Under the pieces are notes generated by a model, which saw nothing but the letters and a program-made list of their open reading frames with translations, ran no database searches and was not told where the DNA came from. From an uncultured Nitrospirales bacterium (GTDB lineage Bacteria > Nitrospirota > Nitrospiria > Nitrospirales > NS-4): 64,000 nucleotides of DNA. This document shows positions 1-10,651 of this stretch, piece after piece. The position numbers and the translations under genes are program-made. The stretch spans positions 9,025 to 73,024 of the forward strand of contig CAZITU010000002.1 in assembly GCA_964542245.1 (NCBI GenBank), written 5' to 3'. Each line of letters starts with the position of its first letter. Within the stretch, counting starts at the first letter, position 1.

Positions 1-106
1 ACGTGATGCGCATGGACCAAGGGCATCTTACCACATGTCTTCGAAACCGTGTCAACAGCGGGTCCGCAGGTTGCGGGTGACGTTCCCGGCTGTCGTATAA
101 TGGGGC

Positions 107-583
107 ATGACACATCCCCGCAACCAAGCCATCGCCGCCGAGTTCCTCCGCATCGCGGCAGAGCTCGAAGACCGGCATGCCAATCCCTACCGTATTCGTG
201 CCTACCGACAGGCGGCCCGGCTGATCGGACGCCTCACGGTGGACGTCGGGGACGTTGCCCGCCGCGGAGACTTAATTAAAATGCACGGGATCGGAAAGGA
301 GCTGGCCCGCAAGGTCGTCATGTTCTGTGAAACAGGCCGGGTCGAGTTGCACACTCCGGAGGAGCGGCCGCTCCCCCCGGAGGTCGCCGCATGGTTGGCG
401 CTCCCAGGGCTCACCCCCTCACTCGTACACTATTTGGTCGAACATCTTTCCATCCGGACGCTCGACGACCTCGAGGCGTTGGTCCGCTCGCGGATGATGA
501 GGACGCTCTCCAATGTGCAGGCGACGGATGAAGCCATCTTGGAAGGAATCGTACGCCTCCGCGCCGACTCGACACCGTCTTGA
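107..583 (+). CDS. Stand-alone family-X DNA polymerase N-terminal (8-kDa / helix-hairpin-helix) domain protein; no palm or PHP domain
   Basis: 158-aa ORF. NQAIAAEFLRIAAELE..NPYRIRAYRQAARLI plus HGIGKELARKV and LPGLTPSLVHYL follow the PolX N-terminal HhH pattern. The ORF ends at 583 and the next gene is unrelated. TATAAT at 96-101 lies just upstream of the ATG, so the mRNA may be leaderless or have a very short leader. Confidence 0.6.
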   Translation: MTHPRNQAIAAEFLRIAAELEDRHANPYRIRAYRQAARLIGRLTVDVGDVARRGDLIKMHGIGKELARKVVMFCETGRVELHTPEERPLPPEVAAWLALPGLTPSLVHYLVEHLSIRTLDDLEALVRSRMMRTLSNVQATDEAILEGIVRLRADSTPS

Positions 584-632
584 CTTGGAAGGACTCCTCT
601 GTTAACGTCCCGCCCCACTGGAGGCACCTCGA

Positions 633-869
633 ATGGCTGTCACCGCATTTATCCTCATTGATGTCGTAGGCGATCACACCAAAAGCGCCTACAAGACGAT
701 CCAGCGTATAGCCGGGGTGAAGGCGACCTACACCGTGAGCGGTGGTTACGACCTCATCGTCCAAGTCGAAGCCGAAAGCCTGGAGGCCTTGAGCGACCTG
801 TTGTTGTCGAAAATCCGAGCCGTGGATGGCGTCACCAAGACGACGACCTGCATGGTGCTCAACGTCTAG
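633..869 (+). CDS. Lrp/AsnC ligand-binding-domain-only protein (no HTH)
   Basis: 78-aa ORF. AFILIDV...YDLIVQVEAESLEALSDLLLSKIRAVDGVTKTTT is typical of the AsnC_trans_reg/RAM fold. GGAGG lies 8 nt upstream of the ATG. Confidence 0.6.
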   Translation: MAVTAFILIDVVGDHTKSAYKTIQRIAGVKATYTVSGGYDLIVQVEAESLEALSDLLLSKIRAVDGVTKTTTCMVLNV

Positions 870-927
870 CCCCTCACGTCCACCCTCTCCCACAGGGAGA
901 AGGCAAGGGTGAGGGCCAACAAAAGAG

Positions 928-970
928 AAAGGCCCCCGGAGGAAGATTCCCCCGAGGGCCTTCGTGTTTC
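928..970. terminator. Hairpin between convergent genes (AsnC-LBD gene and groEL); candidate bidirectional terminator
   Basis: GGCCCCCGG (931-939) pairs with CCGAGGGCC (952-960) with one mismatch. It is flanked by AAAAGAGAAA upstream and TTCGTGTTT downstream, giving a T-rich tail on both strands. Confidence 0.45.
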
Positions 971-985
971 AAGGCCGAACGGAAC

Positions 986-2632
<1,647 letters not shown>

Positions 2633-2681
2633 TTATTGTCTCATCCTTCAAGCCCTTAAGACGTAAGAACCCAGTTTGGTG

Positions 2682-2984
2682 TTAGTTGTCGAAGATGCCC
2701 AGAATGTCTTCTTCCTTGATGATCAAGTAGTCCGAGCCGTCGACGTTGATCTTGCTTCCGGAATACTTATCGAAGAGAACGATATCCCCGACCTTGACGG
2801 CCTTGACTTCGGCGCCGATTGCCTCGATCTTGCCGCGCTGGGGTTTCTCCTTGGCGGCATCCGGGATGTAGATCCCTCCTGCCGTGCGTTCCAATTCTTC
2901 GGTGTAGCTGACAAAACATCGATCCTTGAGAGGCTTGAACCCTGTGACGGCTGCCTTCTTCTTCTCGACTGTATCCACTGCCAT
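2682..2984 (-). CDS. groS: Co-chaperonin GroES
   Basis: The internal ATG at 2984 gives 100 aa (MAVDTVEKKK..GGIYIPDAAKEKPQRGKIEAIG mobile loop). GGAGGAAGG lies upstream. The longer ORF to 3131 adds a non-homologous basic extension. Confidence 0.95.
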   Translation of the reverse strand: MAVDTVEKKKAAVTGFKPLKDRCFVSYTEELERTAGGIYIPDAAKEKPQRGKIEAIGAEVKAVKVGDIVLFDKYSGSKINVDGSDYLIIKEEDILGIFDN

Positions 2985-3157
2985 AATGTCCTTCCTCCTT
3001 TGCTTTTTTTGCTTCTGCCCGACTGCCCCCTTCACCATAGGCCCCTTGATCCCCTTGCCTACTCCCAAGCCGGCAGACCGAACCGGCCGGCACAAACAAT
3101 GGGCAGGGAAGTAACTCCGCTTTCGGCTCAATCAACCCCTGTAGCTCGAGCTCTTTT

Positions 3158-4579
3158 TTATTTTATGGCGCTTTCCGCCCGGTCGGGACGTTGCAGCGGT
3201 CGCAACTCCTTGAAAATCATCCACGATTTCAACAACTCCACGGCCTTTTGGAGCTGCAGGTCATCCTCATCCTTATCCCGTGTCTCCGTATCCTTGGTCG
3301 CCTCTCTGTCCTTCTTCCCGTCTTTGGACTCCGGCTTCGGGACCGGTTGGCTTTCCCCCGGAGGGGCCGGGGGAGTCACGGACCCTTCGCGATTGGGATC
3401 TCGCAACGACTTATCCAGGTCTCGCTCGCGGATCGGCGGGGTGGCAGTAGGCTTGCCTCTCACCATGATATCCGGCCCGATGCCGACACCGTGGATGCTC
3501 CGTCCCTTGGGGGTGTAATACTTGGCCGTCGTGAGACGAAGTCCCGACCCATCTCCGAGTGGCAGGATCGTCTGAACGGACCCTTTCCCGAAGGTTTGCA
3601 CCCCTACCACCACCGCCCGCCCCCAGTCCTGGAGGGCCCCGGCCACAATCTCGGAGGCGCTGGCGCTCCCTTCGTTCACCAGCACCACGATGGGGTAGTC
3701 GTCCGGTTGATCCTTGATGTGAGACACGTAGTCATCCTTCCGACCCTCACGGGTCTTGATGTAGACAATCAGGCGGTTCATCCCGACGAATTGCTCCGAT
3801 ACCTCCACGGCGGAGGTCAGCAGGCCGCCCGGGTTATTGCGGAGATCGAGGATCAATGACTGCATCTTCTGCTCCCTCAGCTTGCGGATCGCTGCCGCCA
3901 TATCCTTGGCCGTCTGGTCCTGAAATTGGGTCAGCCGGATGTACCCGATATTGCCGTCGAGCAACTTGAACCGGACACTCTCGATCTTGATGATCTCTCG
4001 GGTCAAGACGAACACCAGCGGTTCCGCAACACCCTCGCGCTGGATCGTCAGCGTCACCTTCGTCCCCTTCGGTCCCCGCATTTTCTGCACGGCGTCCATC
4101 AGCGTCATGTCCTTGGTGGACTCCGCGTTCACCTTAATGATGGTGTCCATGGCCTTCACGCCCGCCCGCTCGGCCGGGGTTCCGTCAATCGGGGCGATGA
4201 CCGTCAGACGATTCTCCTTCATCCCGATCTGGATCCCCACGCCTCCGAATTCGCCCTTTGTCTCAACCTGGACTTCTTTATAGACATCGGGAGGCATGAA
4301 AGCCGAGTGCGGATCGAGCGTCGAGAGCATCCCTCGGATCGCACCGTAAATCAGGTCCTTGGACTTGACCTCTTCGACGTAATGTTTCTGCACCTGGGTC
4401 AGCACCTCGGAAAATGTTTTCAGCTCTTCATAGGTTTCGGTGGCCATCACGGCCTTGTCCCATCCTTTCCCGATGAGCACCCCCATGACCAAGGTCACGA
4501 TAAACACCAGCCCCCATCCCGCCCACGTCCGCTTCGCCTGCATCATGCCGTTCATCACCATGCTCCTTTTCCCGGTCAC
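3158..4579 (-). CDS. Carboxy-terminal processing protease (peptidase S41, PDZ-containing)
   Basis: 473 aa with an N-terminal TM segment, a PDZ-like region, the S41 motif NEGSASASEIVAGALQD and TFGKGSVQT. The Lys/Asp/Glu-rich C-terminal tail is unusual. Confidence 0.9.
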   Translation of the reverse strand: MTGKRSMVMNGMMQAKRTWAGWGLVFIVTLVMGVLIGKGWDKAVMATETYEELKTFSEVLTQVQKHYVEEVKSKDLIYGAIRGMLSTLDPHSAFMPPDVYKEVQVETKGEFGGVGIQIGMKENRLTVIAPIDGTPAERAGVKAMDTIIKVNAESTKDMTLMDAVQKMRGPKGTKVTLTIQREGVAEPLVFVLTREIIKIESVRFKLLDGNIGYIRLTQFQDQTAKDMAAAIRKLREQKMQSLILDLRNNPGGLLTSAVEVSEQFVGMNRLIVYIKTREGRKDDYVSHIKDQPDDYPIVVLVNEGSASASEIVAGALQDWGRAVVVGVQTFGKGSVQTILPLGDGSGLRLTTAKYYTPKGRSIHGVGIGPDIMVRGKPTATPPIRERDLDKSLRDPNREGSVTPPAPPGESQPVPKPESKDGKKDREATKDTETRDKDEDDLQLQKAVELLKSWMIFKELRPLQRPDRAESAIK

Positions 4580-4583
4580 GCGC

Positions 4584-5774
4584 CTATCGCCGTTTCGCCA
4601 GCCAGATCAGGGGATCTAAGGCTTCCCCTCCCTGCCGAAGCTCGAAATAAAGCCTGCTCTCGCCTGTCAGCCCGGTATCGCCGATTTCACCAATCGGCTG
4701 GTTACCACGCACCGAGTCCCCGACATTCACCAGAAGCTTGGACGCGTATGCGTAAAGCGAGAAATACCCCTCACCATGATCCACGATCGCCAACAGCCCA
4801 TACCCCCGCATCCAGTCCGCAAAGGCCACAACCCCGTCGAAGACCGACCGGATGACGCTCCCCTGGCTGGCGCGAATCTCGATTCCCTTCCGCTGGACGT
4901 ACGTATCGAATTTCGCATGCCTCTGACGGCCGAACAGAGCCACGACCGCTCCTTCGCTGGGCCATCCCAGCCGGCCCTTGAGCTTTCCCAGGCCCTCCCC
5001 TCCCGATTCAAGGCGTGCCGAGGCGGTCGCTTTCCGGCGGGCCTCAAATTCCCGGAGCAACGCCTCGATCCTTTGAGCGGACCTCTCGAGCTCAACCACG
5101 GCCTTCTCATACACAACCCGCTCGCTCCGGACGCGACCCAGCAGGCGGTCCTTCTTGGCTCGTTCCATCCGGATCTCCGCCAGCTTGTCGGCGATCTCCT
5201 GCTGACTTCCAAGCAGCTCGCCGCGAACCCCTTGCAGACGCGCCTCGACGGATTCGAGTCCGACCACGTCAGCGCGGTACCCTTCGAGCATCTGGAACTC
5301 CCGGCGTGAGACCCAGGACAGCAGCGCGAACCTGGTCAGCAGATCATTGTAGTCGCGCGAAGCCAGCAAAAGTTTCAAGTGTCCGGCAGGACCTTCCTTA
5401 TGCATCACCCGCAAGCGGCTGCGAATTGAGCCATGCCGTTCAATGATCCTGCTCCGCAGGTCTTGAAGAGCTGCGTTCGTCGCATCGAGATCACGGTCCT
5501 TCTGCTTCAGCTTCGCATTAACCTGAGCCAGCTCCTCGCGGCGCAGCTTGAGCCGGTGGTCCATTTCCTCGATCGACTGCAGCACCGACGCTTCTTGGCG
5601 CTGGGCTTCATCCGACTTTCGCTTTTTCTTTTTGATCTCCCCTTTGAGTTGCTCGAGCGTCTGCCGCTCCTTTTTGATCCTCTCGGGTAGCGGATCGCTC
5701 CGATCAGGCTGCGCGGCGAACGCGGGCGTGTTCAGAACGACCGCAGCCAGCAGGGTCAGCGCGGACACCCACAT
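4584..5774 (-). CDS. envC: EnvC-like murein hydrolase activator (coiled coil plus degenerate LytM/M23 domain)
   Basis: Start taken at the internal ATG at 5774 (MWVSALTLLAAVVLNTPAFA signal peptide), which overlaps the ftsX stop by 1 nt (TGATG). There is a long Q/E/K/R-rich coiled coil. The C-terminal M23 fold AIVDHGEGYFSLYAY...SRLYFELR lacks the HxH metal ligands. Confidence 0.8.
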   Translation of the reverse strand: MWVSALTLLAAVVLNTPAFAAQPDRSDPLPERIKKERQTLEQLKGEIKKKKRKSDEAQRQEASVLQSIEEMDHRLKLRREELAQVNAKLKQKDRDLDATNAALQDLRSRIIERHGSIRSRLRVMHKEGPAGHLKLLLASRDYNDLLTRFALLSWVSRREFQMLEGYRADVVGLESVEARLQGVRGELLGSQQEIADKLAEIRMERAKKDRLLGRVRSERVVYEKAVVELERSAQRIEALLREFEARRKATASARLESGGEGLGKLKGRLGWPSEGAVVALFGRQRHAKFDTYVQRKGIEIRASQGSVIRSVFDGVVAFADWMRGYGLLAIVDHGEGYFSLYAYASKLLVNVGDSVRGNQPIGEIGDTGLTGESRLYFELRQGGEALDPLIWLAKRR

Positions 5775-6673
5775 CAATTCCTCACGTCGCGAAGATGGAT
5801 CAGCGAGACCAAGCTCCCCAAACACCCTAACGCGATCCCCCCAATAAGGATGGCGACCGCCACGCGGACCGGGAGAAACGCCATCCTTGTTCCCAGTCCC
5901 CAGAAGAGTCCTTGCAAGAGCATCTTCGACCCGGCAACTTCGAACATGCCCCGCAGGAGGACCAGCGAGCATGCGGCGCCCGCGCCGCCCAGGATGGCCC
6001 CTTCCAGCACAAACGGGGTCTTGATGAATCCCGCCGTGGCCCCGATCAATCGCAAAATCTCGATCTCCTCCCGGCGGGCATAGAGCGCCAGACGGATCGT
6101 ATTCGCCAGAATCGTGACCATTGATGCCGCCAGCACCGCCCCGACCCCCATACCCAACATCTCCAGATATCGTAGGGCGGCGGCCAGGTTCTCGATCCAG
6201 TCCCGGCTGTACAGCACTTCTTCGACTTCGGTGAAGGCCTTGAGCTTCTGGACGAGCGTTCCCACCGCTTCCGGAGAGCGGTACGCAGGGCCGACGCTGA
6301 TGACAAGCGAAGCCGGAAACGGATTCTCTCCGAGTCCATTGAGCAACCGTTCTTCCGAGGGAAACTGCGCTCGGAACGTCGCTAAGGCCTGCTCGCGGGA
6401 TACGAACTCGACCCCCGCCACAGCAGGATCCCGACTCATGCGGACGCGCAATTCAGCAATGTCCCGCAATGACGCGGTGTCCCGGAGATAGACCCTGACC
6501 TTGATTTCTTCACGCAGGGACCCAAGGGCCCCTTGGACGTTCCAGTAGAGGAGCAGGAACACGCCCATTCCCAGCATGGTAAACGTCGTCGTCACGAGAG
6601 CGATCAGGGTGGTGGTCCGGTTGGTCCGGATATTGTCTGCCGCCTCGCTCAGCAGATAGCGTAGCCGCGTCAT
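5774..6673 (-). CDS. ftsX: Cell division permease-like protein FtsX
   Basis: 299 aa with four hydrophobic segments and a large loop after TM1. Overlaps the ftsE stop by 4 nt. Confidence 0.9.
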   Translation of the reverse strand: MTRLRYLLSEAADNIRTNRTTTLIALVTTTFTMLGMGVFLLLYWNVQGALGSLREEIKVRVYLRDTASLRDIAELRVRMSRDPAVAGVEFVSREQALATFRAQFPSEERLLNGLGENPFPASLVISVGPAYRSPEAVGTLVQKLKAFTEVEEVLYSRDWIENLAAALRYLEMLGMGVGAVLAASMVTILANTIRLALYARREEIEILRLIGATAGFIKTPFVLEGAILGGAGAACSLVLLRGMFEVAGSKMLLQGLFWGLGTRMAFLPVRVAVAILIGGIALGCLGSLVSLIHLRDVRN

Positions 6674-7338
6674 GCCTCCGTTACTCCATCCTCGACCACA
6701 CGACCTTGGTCCAAAGCCACCACGCGACGCCGCACCCGTTGCACCAAATCACGGTTGTGCGTGGCCACGACCACCGTCGTGCCGCGTGCGTTGACGGTCT
6801 TCAGAAGTTCCAGGATCTCTCCGGCAAGGTGGGCATCTAGGTTGCCCGTCGGCTCGTCCGCAAGGAGTATCTGCGGATCGTTCACGATCGCACGCGCCAG
6901 GCACACACGTTGCTGCTCCCCGGCGGACAGCGAAGACGGCAGCGCACCCTGCCTGTGTTCGAGCCCGACCGCCCCCAAGGTATCGTTGACCTTCCTACGC
7001 ATCAAAGCTGCCGGAGCGCCGACGACCTTGAGCGTCAGGGCGACGTTCTCGAATACCGTTTTTTTAGGAAGCAGCCGAAAATCCTGGAAGACGAACCCCA
7101 TCGTGCGGCGCAGGTGGGGAACGGCAGACGCCCTGACGTGTGCGAGGTTCCGGTTGTTCACCAAGATCTGCCCTTCATCCGGAGCATCGGCGAGAAAGAT
7201 CAGGCGGAGTAGCGTCGTCTTACCCGCCCCGCTGGGACCGGTCAGATAGACGAACTCACCCTTTTCGATTTTAAGGCTGACGTCTTTGAGCGCCGACCGG
7301 CCATGATAGGTCTTAGAGACATGAAAGATCTCGATCAT
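6670..7338 (-). CDS. ftsE: Cell division ATP-binding protein FtsE
   Basis: Walker A GPSGAGKTT, ABC signature LSAGEQQR, Walker B ILLADEPTGNLD. 222 aa. Confidence 0.95.
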   Translation of the reverse strand: MIEIFHVSKTYHGRSALKDVSLKIEKGEFVYLTGPSGAGKTTLLRLIFLADAPDEGQILVNNRNLAHVRASAVPHLRRTMGFVFQDFRLLPKKTVFENVALTLKVVGAPAALMRRKVNDTLGAVGLEHRQGALPSSLSAGEQQRVCLARAIVNDPQILLADEPTGNLDAHLAGEILELLKTVNARGTTVVVATHNRDLVQRVRRRVVALDQGRVVEDGVTEA

Positions 7339-7724
7339 GCGGGAGCACGGTGGCTGGCGGCCGGGGCCTCGAAGGCCCCGACCAGCAGTTCAATCCGTCG
7401 GGTCTTCGGATCGTCGCCCCAGATCAAGACCACATCGAAGCGGCAGAGCCGGTCACCAAGCCGGCGCTCCGCCAGGTATCGCTGTGCCAAGCGAGCGATC
7501 CGCACCTGTTTCGCGGACGTGATGGACGCTCCGGGACCGCCGAACCGGTCGTCGCGCCTGACCTTGACTTCCACAAAGACCATGGTCTGGCCGTCCTCCG
7601 CGATAAGATCGACCTCGCCCCACCGCGTCCGGTAGTTACGCGCCAGTATCCGATATCCACGGGCCTCCAGGAACTCGGCGGCTAGGTGCTCGCCTTCTGC
7701 CCCGCGAGCACGGCGGGTGCTCAC
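7335..7724 (-). CDS. YraN-family (UPF0102) endonuclease-like protein
   Basis: GEHLAAEFLEARGYRILARNYR..GEVDLIAEDGQTMVFVEVKVR. Start placed at the GTG at 7724, which overlaps the rnhB stop (GTGA). The ORF-track ATG at 7775 would overlap rnhB by 55 nt, so the start is uncertain. Confidence 0.7.
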   Translation of the reverse strand: MSTRRARGAEGEHLAAEFLEARGYRILARNYRTRWGEVDLIAEDGQTMVFVEVKVRRDDRFGGPGASITSAKQVRIARLAQRYLAERRLGDRLCRFDVVLIWGDDPKTRRIELLVGAFEAPAASHRAPA

Positions 7725-8338
7725 CGGCCTCCAGCCTCCCGCACCGGACGAAAACTCCGCCGGTGCAACTCGCACGGTCCAAGGCGTTGCAACTGACGGA
7801 GATGCTCAGCCGTCCCGTATCCCTTGTGGGTAAGGAACCCGTACTCCGGATACCTGGCATGGGCCTCAGCCATCAGGCGGTCCCGGGTGACCTTGGCGAC
7901 CACGGAGGCTGCCGCGACGGACACACATAAGCCGTCACCCTTAACCACCAGCCTCTGCTCCACCAGCACCGCCGGGAGTACCAACGCATCAAGGACGAGA
8001 TAATCGGATGGAGGGGACAATTGCCGGACAGCTTGCTCCATAGCCAGGCGGGTGGCTTCAAGGATATTATGGGTGTCTATCATCTGGGCACCTACGATCC
8101 CTACCCCAATGGCCACAGCCGTATCGACGATACGCGCGTAGAGCCGCTCGCGCTGCCCCTCGCTCAGGAGTTTCGAATCCCGGAGGCCCTCCTGCCGCCA
8201 TCGCCTGGGTAGGATGACGGCAGCCGCCACAACGGGACCGGCCAGAGGCCCGCGTCCCGCCTCGTCCACACCGGCCACCCGCCGGAACCCGCGAGTCCAT
8301 GCCTCGCGCTCAAAGCGATCATCCGGTTCCAGCAGCAC
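7721..8338 (-). CDS. rnhB: Ribonuclease HII
   Basis: AGVDEAGRGPLAGPVVAAAV and DSKLLS motifs. 205 aa. Confidence 0.92.
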   Translation of the reverse strand: MLLEPDDRFEREAWTRGFRRVAGVDEAGRGPLAGPVVAAAVILPRRWRQEGLRDSKLLSEGQRERLYARIVDTAVAIGVGIVGAQMIDTHNILEATRLAMEQAVRQLSPPSDYLVLDALVLPAVLVEQRLVVKGDGLCVSVAAASVVAKVTRDRLMAEAHARYPEYGFLTHKGYGTAEHLRQLQRLGPCELHRRSFRPVREAGGR

Positions 8339-8355
8339 GCCGTCCTTGCACGCCC

Positions 8356-8769
8356 TCAGACGCCGGCCTGAACCTCAGGCGTAGCCGCGACGGGCACAGG
8401 GCCGGGCTTGAGCTTGCCCTCCGCCAGATATTCCCGTTCAGCCACCCGAGCCAGTTTGCCCTTCTTGGTGCGGAGATAGTACAACTTGGCTCGGCGGACC
8501 TGACCTTGACGGATTACATCGATCCGCCCCACAACCGGCGAATGCACCGGGAAAATCCTCTCCACCCACACCCCGTAAGAGGACTTCCTGACCGTAAAGG
8601 TTTCTGCGTTGCGCCCCCCTTTGCGGCTGATGACGACCCCTTCAAACACCTGCACGCGTTCCTTCTCACCCTCTACGACCTTCACGTGAACCCTTACCGT
8701 GTCCCCGATCTCAAAGACCGGCACGTTCTTCTTCACCAAGGTCGCTTGCAACCGCTCGAGCCGATTCAT
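8356..8769 (-). CDS. rplS: 50S ribosomal protein L19
   Basis: [39 protein letters not shown]. The Ala/Pro-rich C-terminal tail is a lineage-type extension. Confidence 0.95.
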   Translation of the reverse strand: MNRLERLQATLVKKNVPVFEIGDTVRVHVKVVEGEKERVQVFEGVVISRKGGRNAETFTVRKSSYGVWVERIFPVHSPVVGRIDVIRQGQVRRAKLYYLRTKKGKLARVAEREYLAEGKLKPGPVPVAATPEVQAGV

Positions 8770-8801
8770 GACCGCTCTCCTCTCTTTTCCCGCCCCGTCC
8801 C

Positions 8802-9542
8802 TTAGGTTCCGCTCCGGCGCGAGAACTCGTTTAGAACATGCCGATCCTCCGGCGTCAATTTCGCCTGCTCCAGCAAATCAGGCCGCTTGGCGTAAGTGCT
8901 CCGAAGGGCTTGCGCCCGGCGCCAGGCCTGGATCGCCTGATGGTCGCCGGAGCGCAGGACATCCGGGACGTCCATGCCGCGGAACACCGGAGGACGGGTA
9001 TAGTGGGGGTAATCCAACAGTGACCCTGAGAAGGAATCCGTCTCTGCGGACTGGCGATCCCCCAGAACACCCGGAATCAGACGAGCCGTGGCATCCACAA
9101 CAACAAGCGCCGCCAACTCTCCGCCGGTCAGGACGTAATCACCGACGGACAGCTCTTCCGGCGCCAGACCGAGCCGAACGCGCTCGTCGATCCCTTCGTA
9201 GTGCCCACACAAAAACACCAACCGCCGCGATTCCTTGGCGAATTCCTCTGCGACCGCCTGCGTGAACGGGCGGCCCTGGGGGGACAACAGTACCAAACGA
9301 CGGTCATCCCCTTCCGCGCACACGTGATCCACAGCGCGGAAGATCGGCTCAGGTTTCAGGACCATTCCCGCTCCCCCGCCATACGGATAATCGTCCGCAA
9401 CTTTGTGCCGCCCATCCGTGAAATCACGGATGTTCACCACCCGGACTTCCAGCAGGCCTTTCTCACGCGCCCGTTTCAGAATGCTGGCGCTCAGGACCGC
9501 CTCGACCATGTCCGGGAACAGGGTGAGGATGTCACACCGCAT
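8802..9542 (-). CDS. trmD: tRNA (guanine37-N1)-methyltransferase TrmD
   Basis: [34 protein letters not shown]. Confidence 0.95.
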   Translation of the reverse strand: MRCDILTLFPDMVEAVLSASILKRAREKGLLEVRVVNIRDFTDGRHKVADDYPYGGGAGMVLKPEPIFRAVDHVCAEGDDRRLVLLSPQGRPFTQAVAEEFAKESRRLVFLCGHYEGIDERVRLGLAPEELSVGDYVLTGGELAALVVVDATARLIPGVLGDRQSAETDSFSGSLLDYPHYTRPPVFRGMDVPDVLRSGDHQAIQAWRRAQALRSTYAKRPDLLEQAKLTPEDRHVLNEFSRRSGT

Positions 9543-10056
9543 CGTTCGTTCCCATTTCCAGTAATCCCGCCACCCGCCGCACGGTCATCCGCCTTCCCGG
9601 CACATCCACCGTGCGGACCACCTCTTTCGTTCCGGGAATCAGATGCTCCACGCCTTCGGGCTCCCGCACAACAAAGACCGCATTGCTTCCGGTCGGGAGA
9701 ATTTCCTTAATCGTTCCCAGCGACGCCCCATCCTCCGTCCTGACGTCCATCCCCAAGAGGTCACACTCGTAGTACTGGCCGTCCGGCAACGGCGCCACGC
9801 TTTCCTGCGAGATCTGCAGCAGGCTGCCGACGAGCGACGCCGCAGCGTCTAGTGTCTCGAGCCCTTCGAAGGCGATGAGATAGCCGCCTGCCGTCCTCCG
9901 TGAGGCAAGGACGGCGACCTCTCGTTGTCCTCCCGTTGGACCCGTAACGGTGACCCGTCTGAGTTCTTCAAAACGGCGCGGTGCATCGGACAAGGAGACG
10001 ACTTTCACTTCACCGCATATTCCGTGAACGCGCACGATCTTTCCGATCGTCACCAT
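9532..10056 (-). CDS. rimM: 16S rRNA processing protein RimM
   Basis: IGKIVRVHGICGEVKV is the RimM N-terminal barrel, followed by a C-terminal PRC barrel. Start taken at the ATG at 10056, which avoids overlap with the upstream KH gene. The ORF-track start is 10092. Confidence 0.85.
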   Translation of the reverse strand: MVTIGKIVRVHGICGEVKVVSLSDAPRRFEELRRVTVTGPTGGQREVAVLASRRTAGGYLIAFEGLETLDAAASLVGSLLQISQESVAPLPDGQYYECDLLGMDVRTEDGASLGTIKEILPTGSNAVFVVREPEGVEHLIPGTKEVVRTVDVPGRRMTVRRVAGLLEMGTNDAV

Positions 10057-10067
10057 GACGCGCCCGT

Positions 10068-10307
10068 CTACTCCAAGATTTCCAGCACGCACCGCTTGCC
10101 CAATTTCGTCCCCGCCGCGTTCAAGATCGTACGCATCGATCGCGCCGTCCGTCCCTGTTTGCCGATGACCTTCCCAAGATCGTCAGGCGCAACCCGTAAT
10201 TCGATGATCGTGGTCTTCTCACCGTCCGTCTCCCGGACGGACACGGCATCAGGTTTGTCCACCAGGGCTTTCGCCATATGTTCGATGAGCGCCTTGAGCT
10301 CGTCCAT
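10068..10307 (-). CDS. KH-domain RNA-binding protein (YlqC/UPF0109)
   Basis: [18 protein letters not shown] carries the GxxG KH loop. It sits in the conserved position between rpsP and rimM. Start at the internal ATG at 10307 ([11 protein letters not shown]). Confidence 0.8.
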   Translation of the reverse strand: MDELKALIEHMAKALVDKPDAVSVRETDGEKTTIIELRVAPDDLGKVIGKQGRTARSMRTILNAAGTKLGKRCVLEILE

Positions 10308-10353
10308 TGCCGCACCTCCTCCTGGCAGGGATGCGGACACACCAAGATGTCGG

Positions 10354-10623
10354 TCAGGCCTTGGCTGAGGCCCCCTTCATTTGCTTCAGTACACCGGTCT
10401 TGCGAAGCAGATTGTGCACCGTCACCGACGGCTGGGCTCCCTTGCTGAGCCATTCCAGCACCCGCTCCTGCTTCACCGTGATGACGGCCGGTGTCTTCAG
10501 GGGATCGTACGTGCCCAGGACCTCGATGTACCGGCCGTCTCTCGGCATCCTGGAGTCCGCTGCCACAATCCGATAGAAGGGCCTCTTGACCCGGCCCCCT
10601 CGCGTCAGTCTGAGTCGCACCAC
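10354..10623 (-). CDS. rpsP: 30S ribosomal protein S16
   Basis: [34 protein letters not shown]. Confidence 0.95.
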   Translation of the reverse strand: MVRLRLTRGGRVKRPFYRIVAADSRMPRDGRYIEVLGTYDPLKTPAVITVKQERVLEWLSKGAQPSVTVHNLLRKTGVLKQMKGASAKA

Positions 10624-10651
10624 GTGTATGCTTCTCCTCTCTTGGTGAATG

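Noticed and set aside
2985-3157. Searched upstream of groES for a CIRCE operator (TTAGCACTC-N9-GAGTGCTAA) or a sigma32-type promoter
   Set aside because: No convincing match was seen on either strand. Only a 10-bp AGCTCGAGCT palindrome (3141-3150) is present, with no loop, and it probably relates to the end of the ctp gene.
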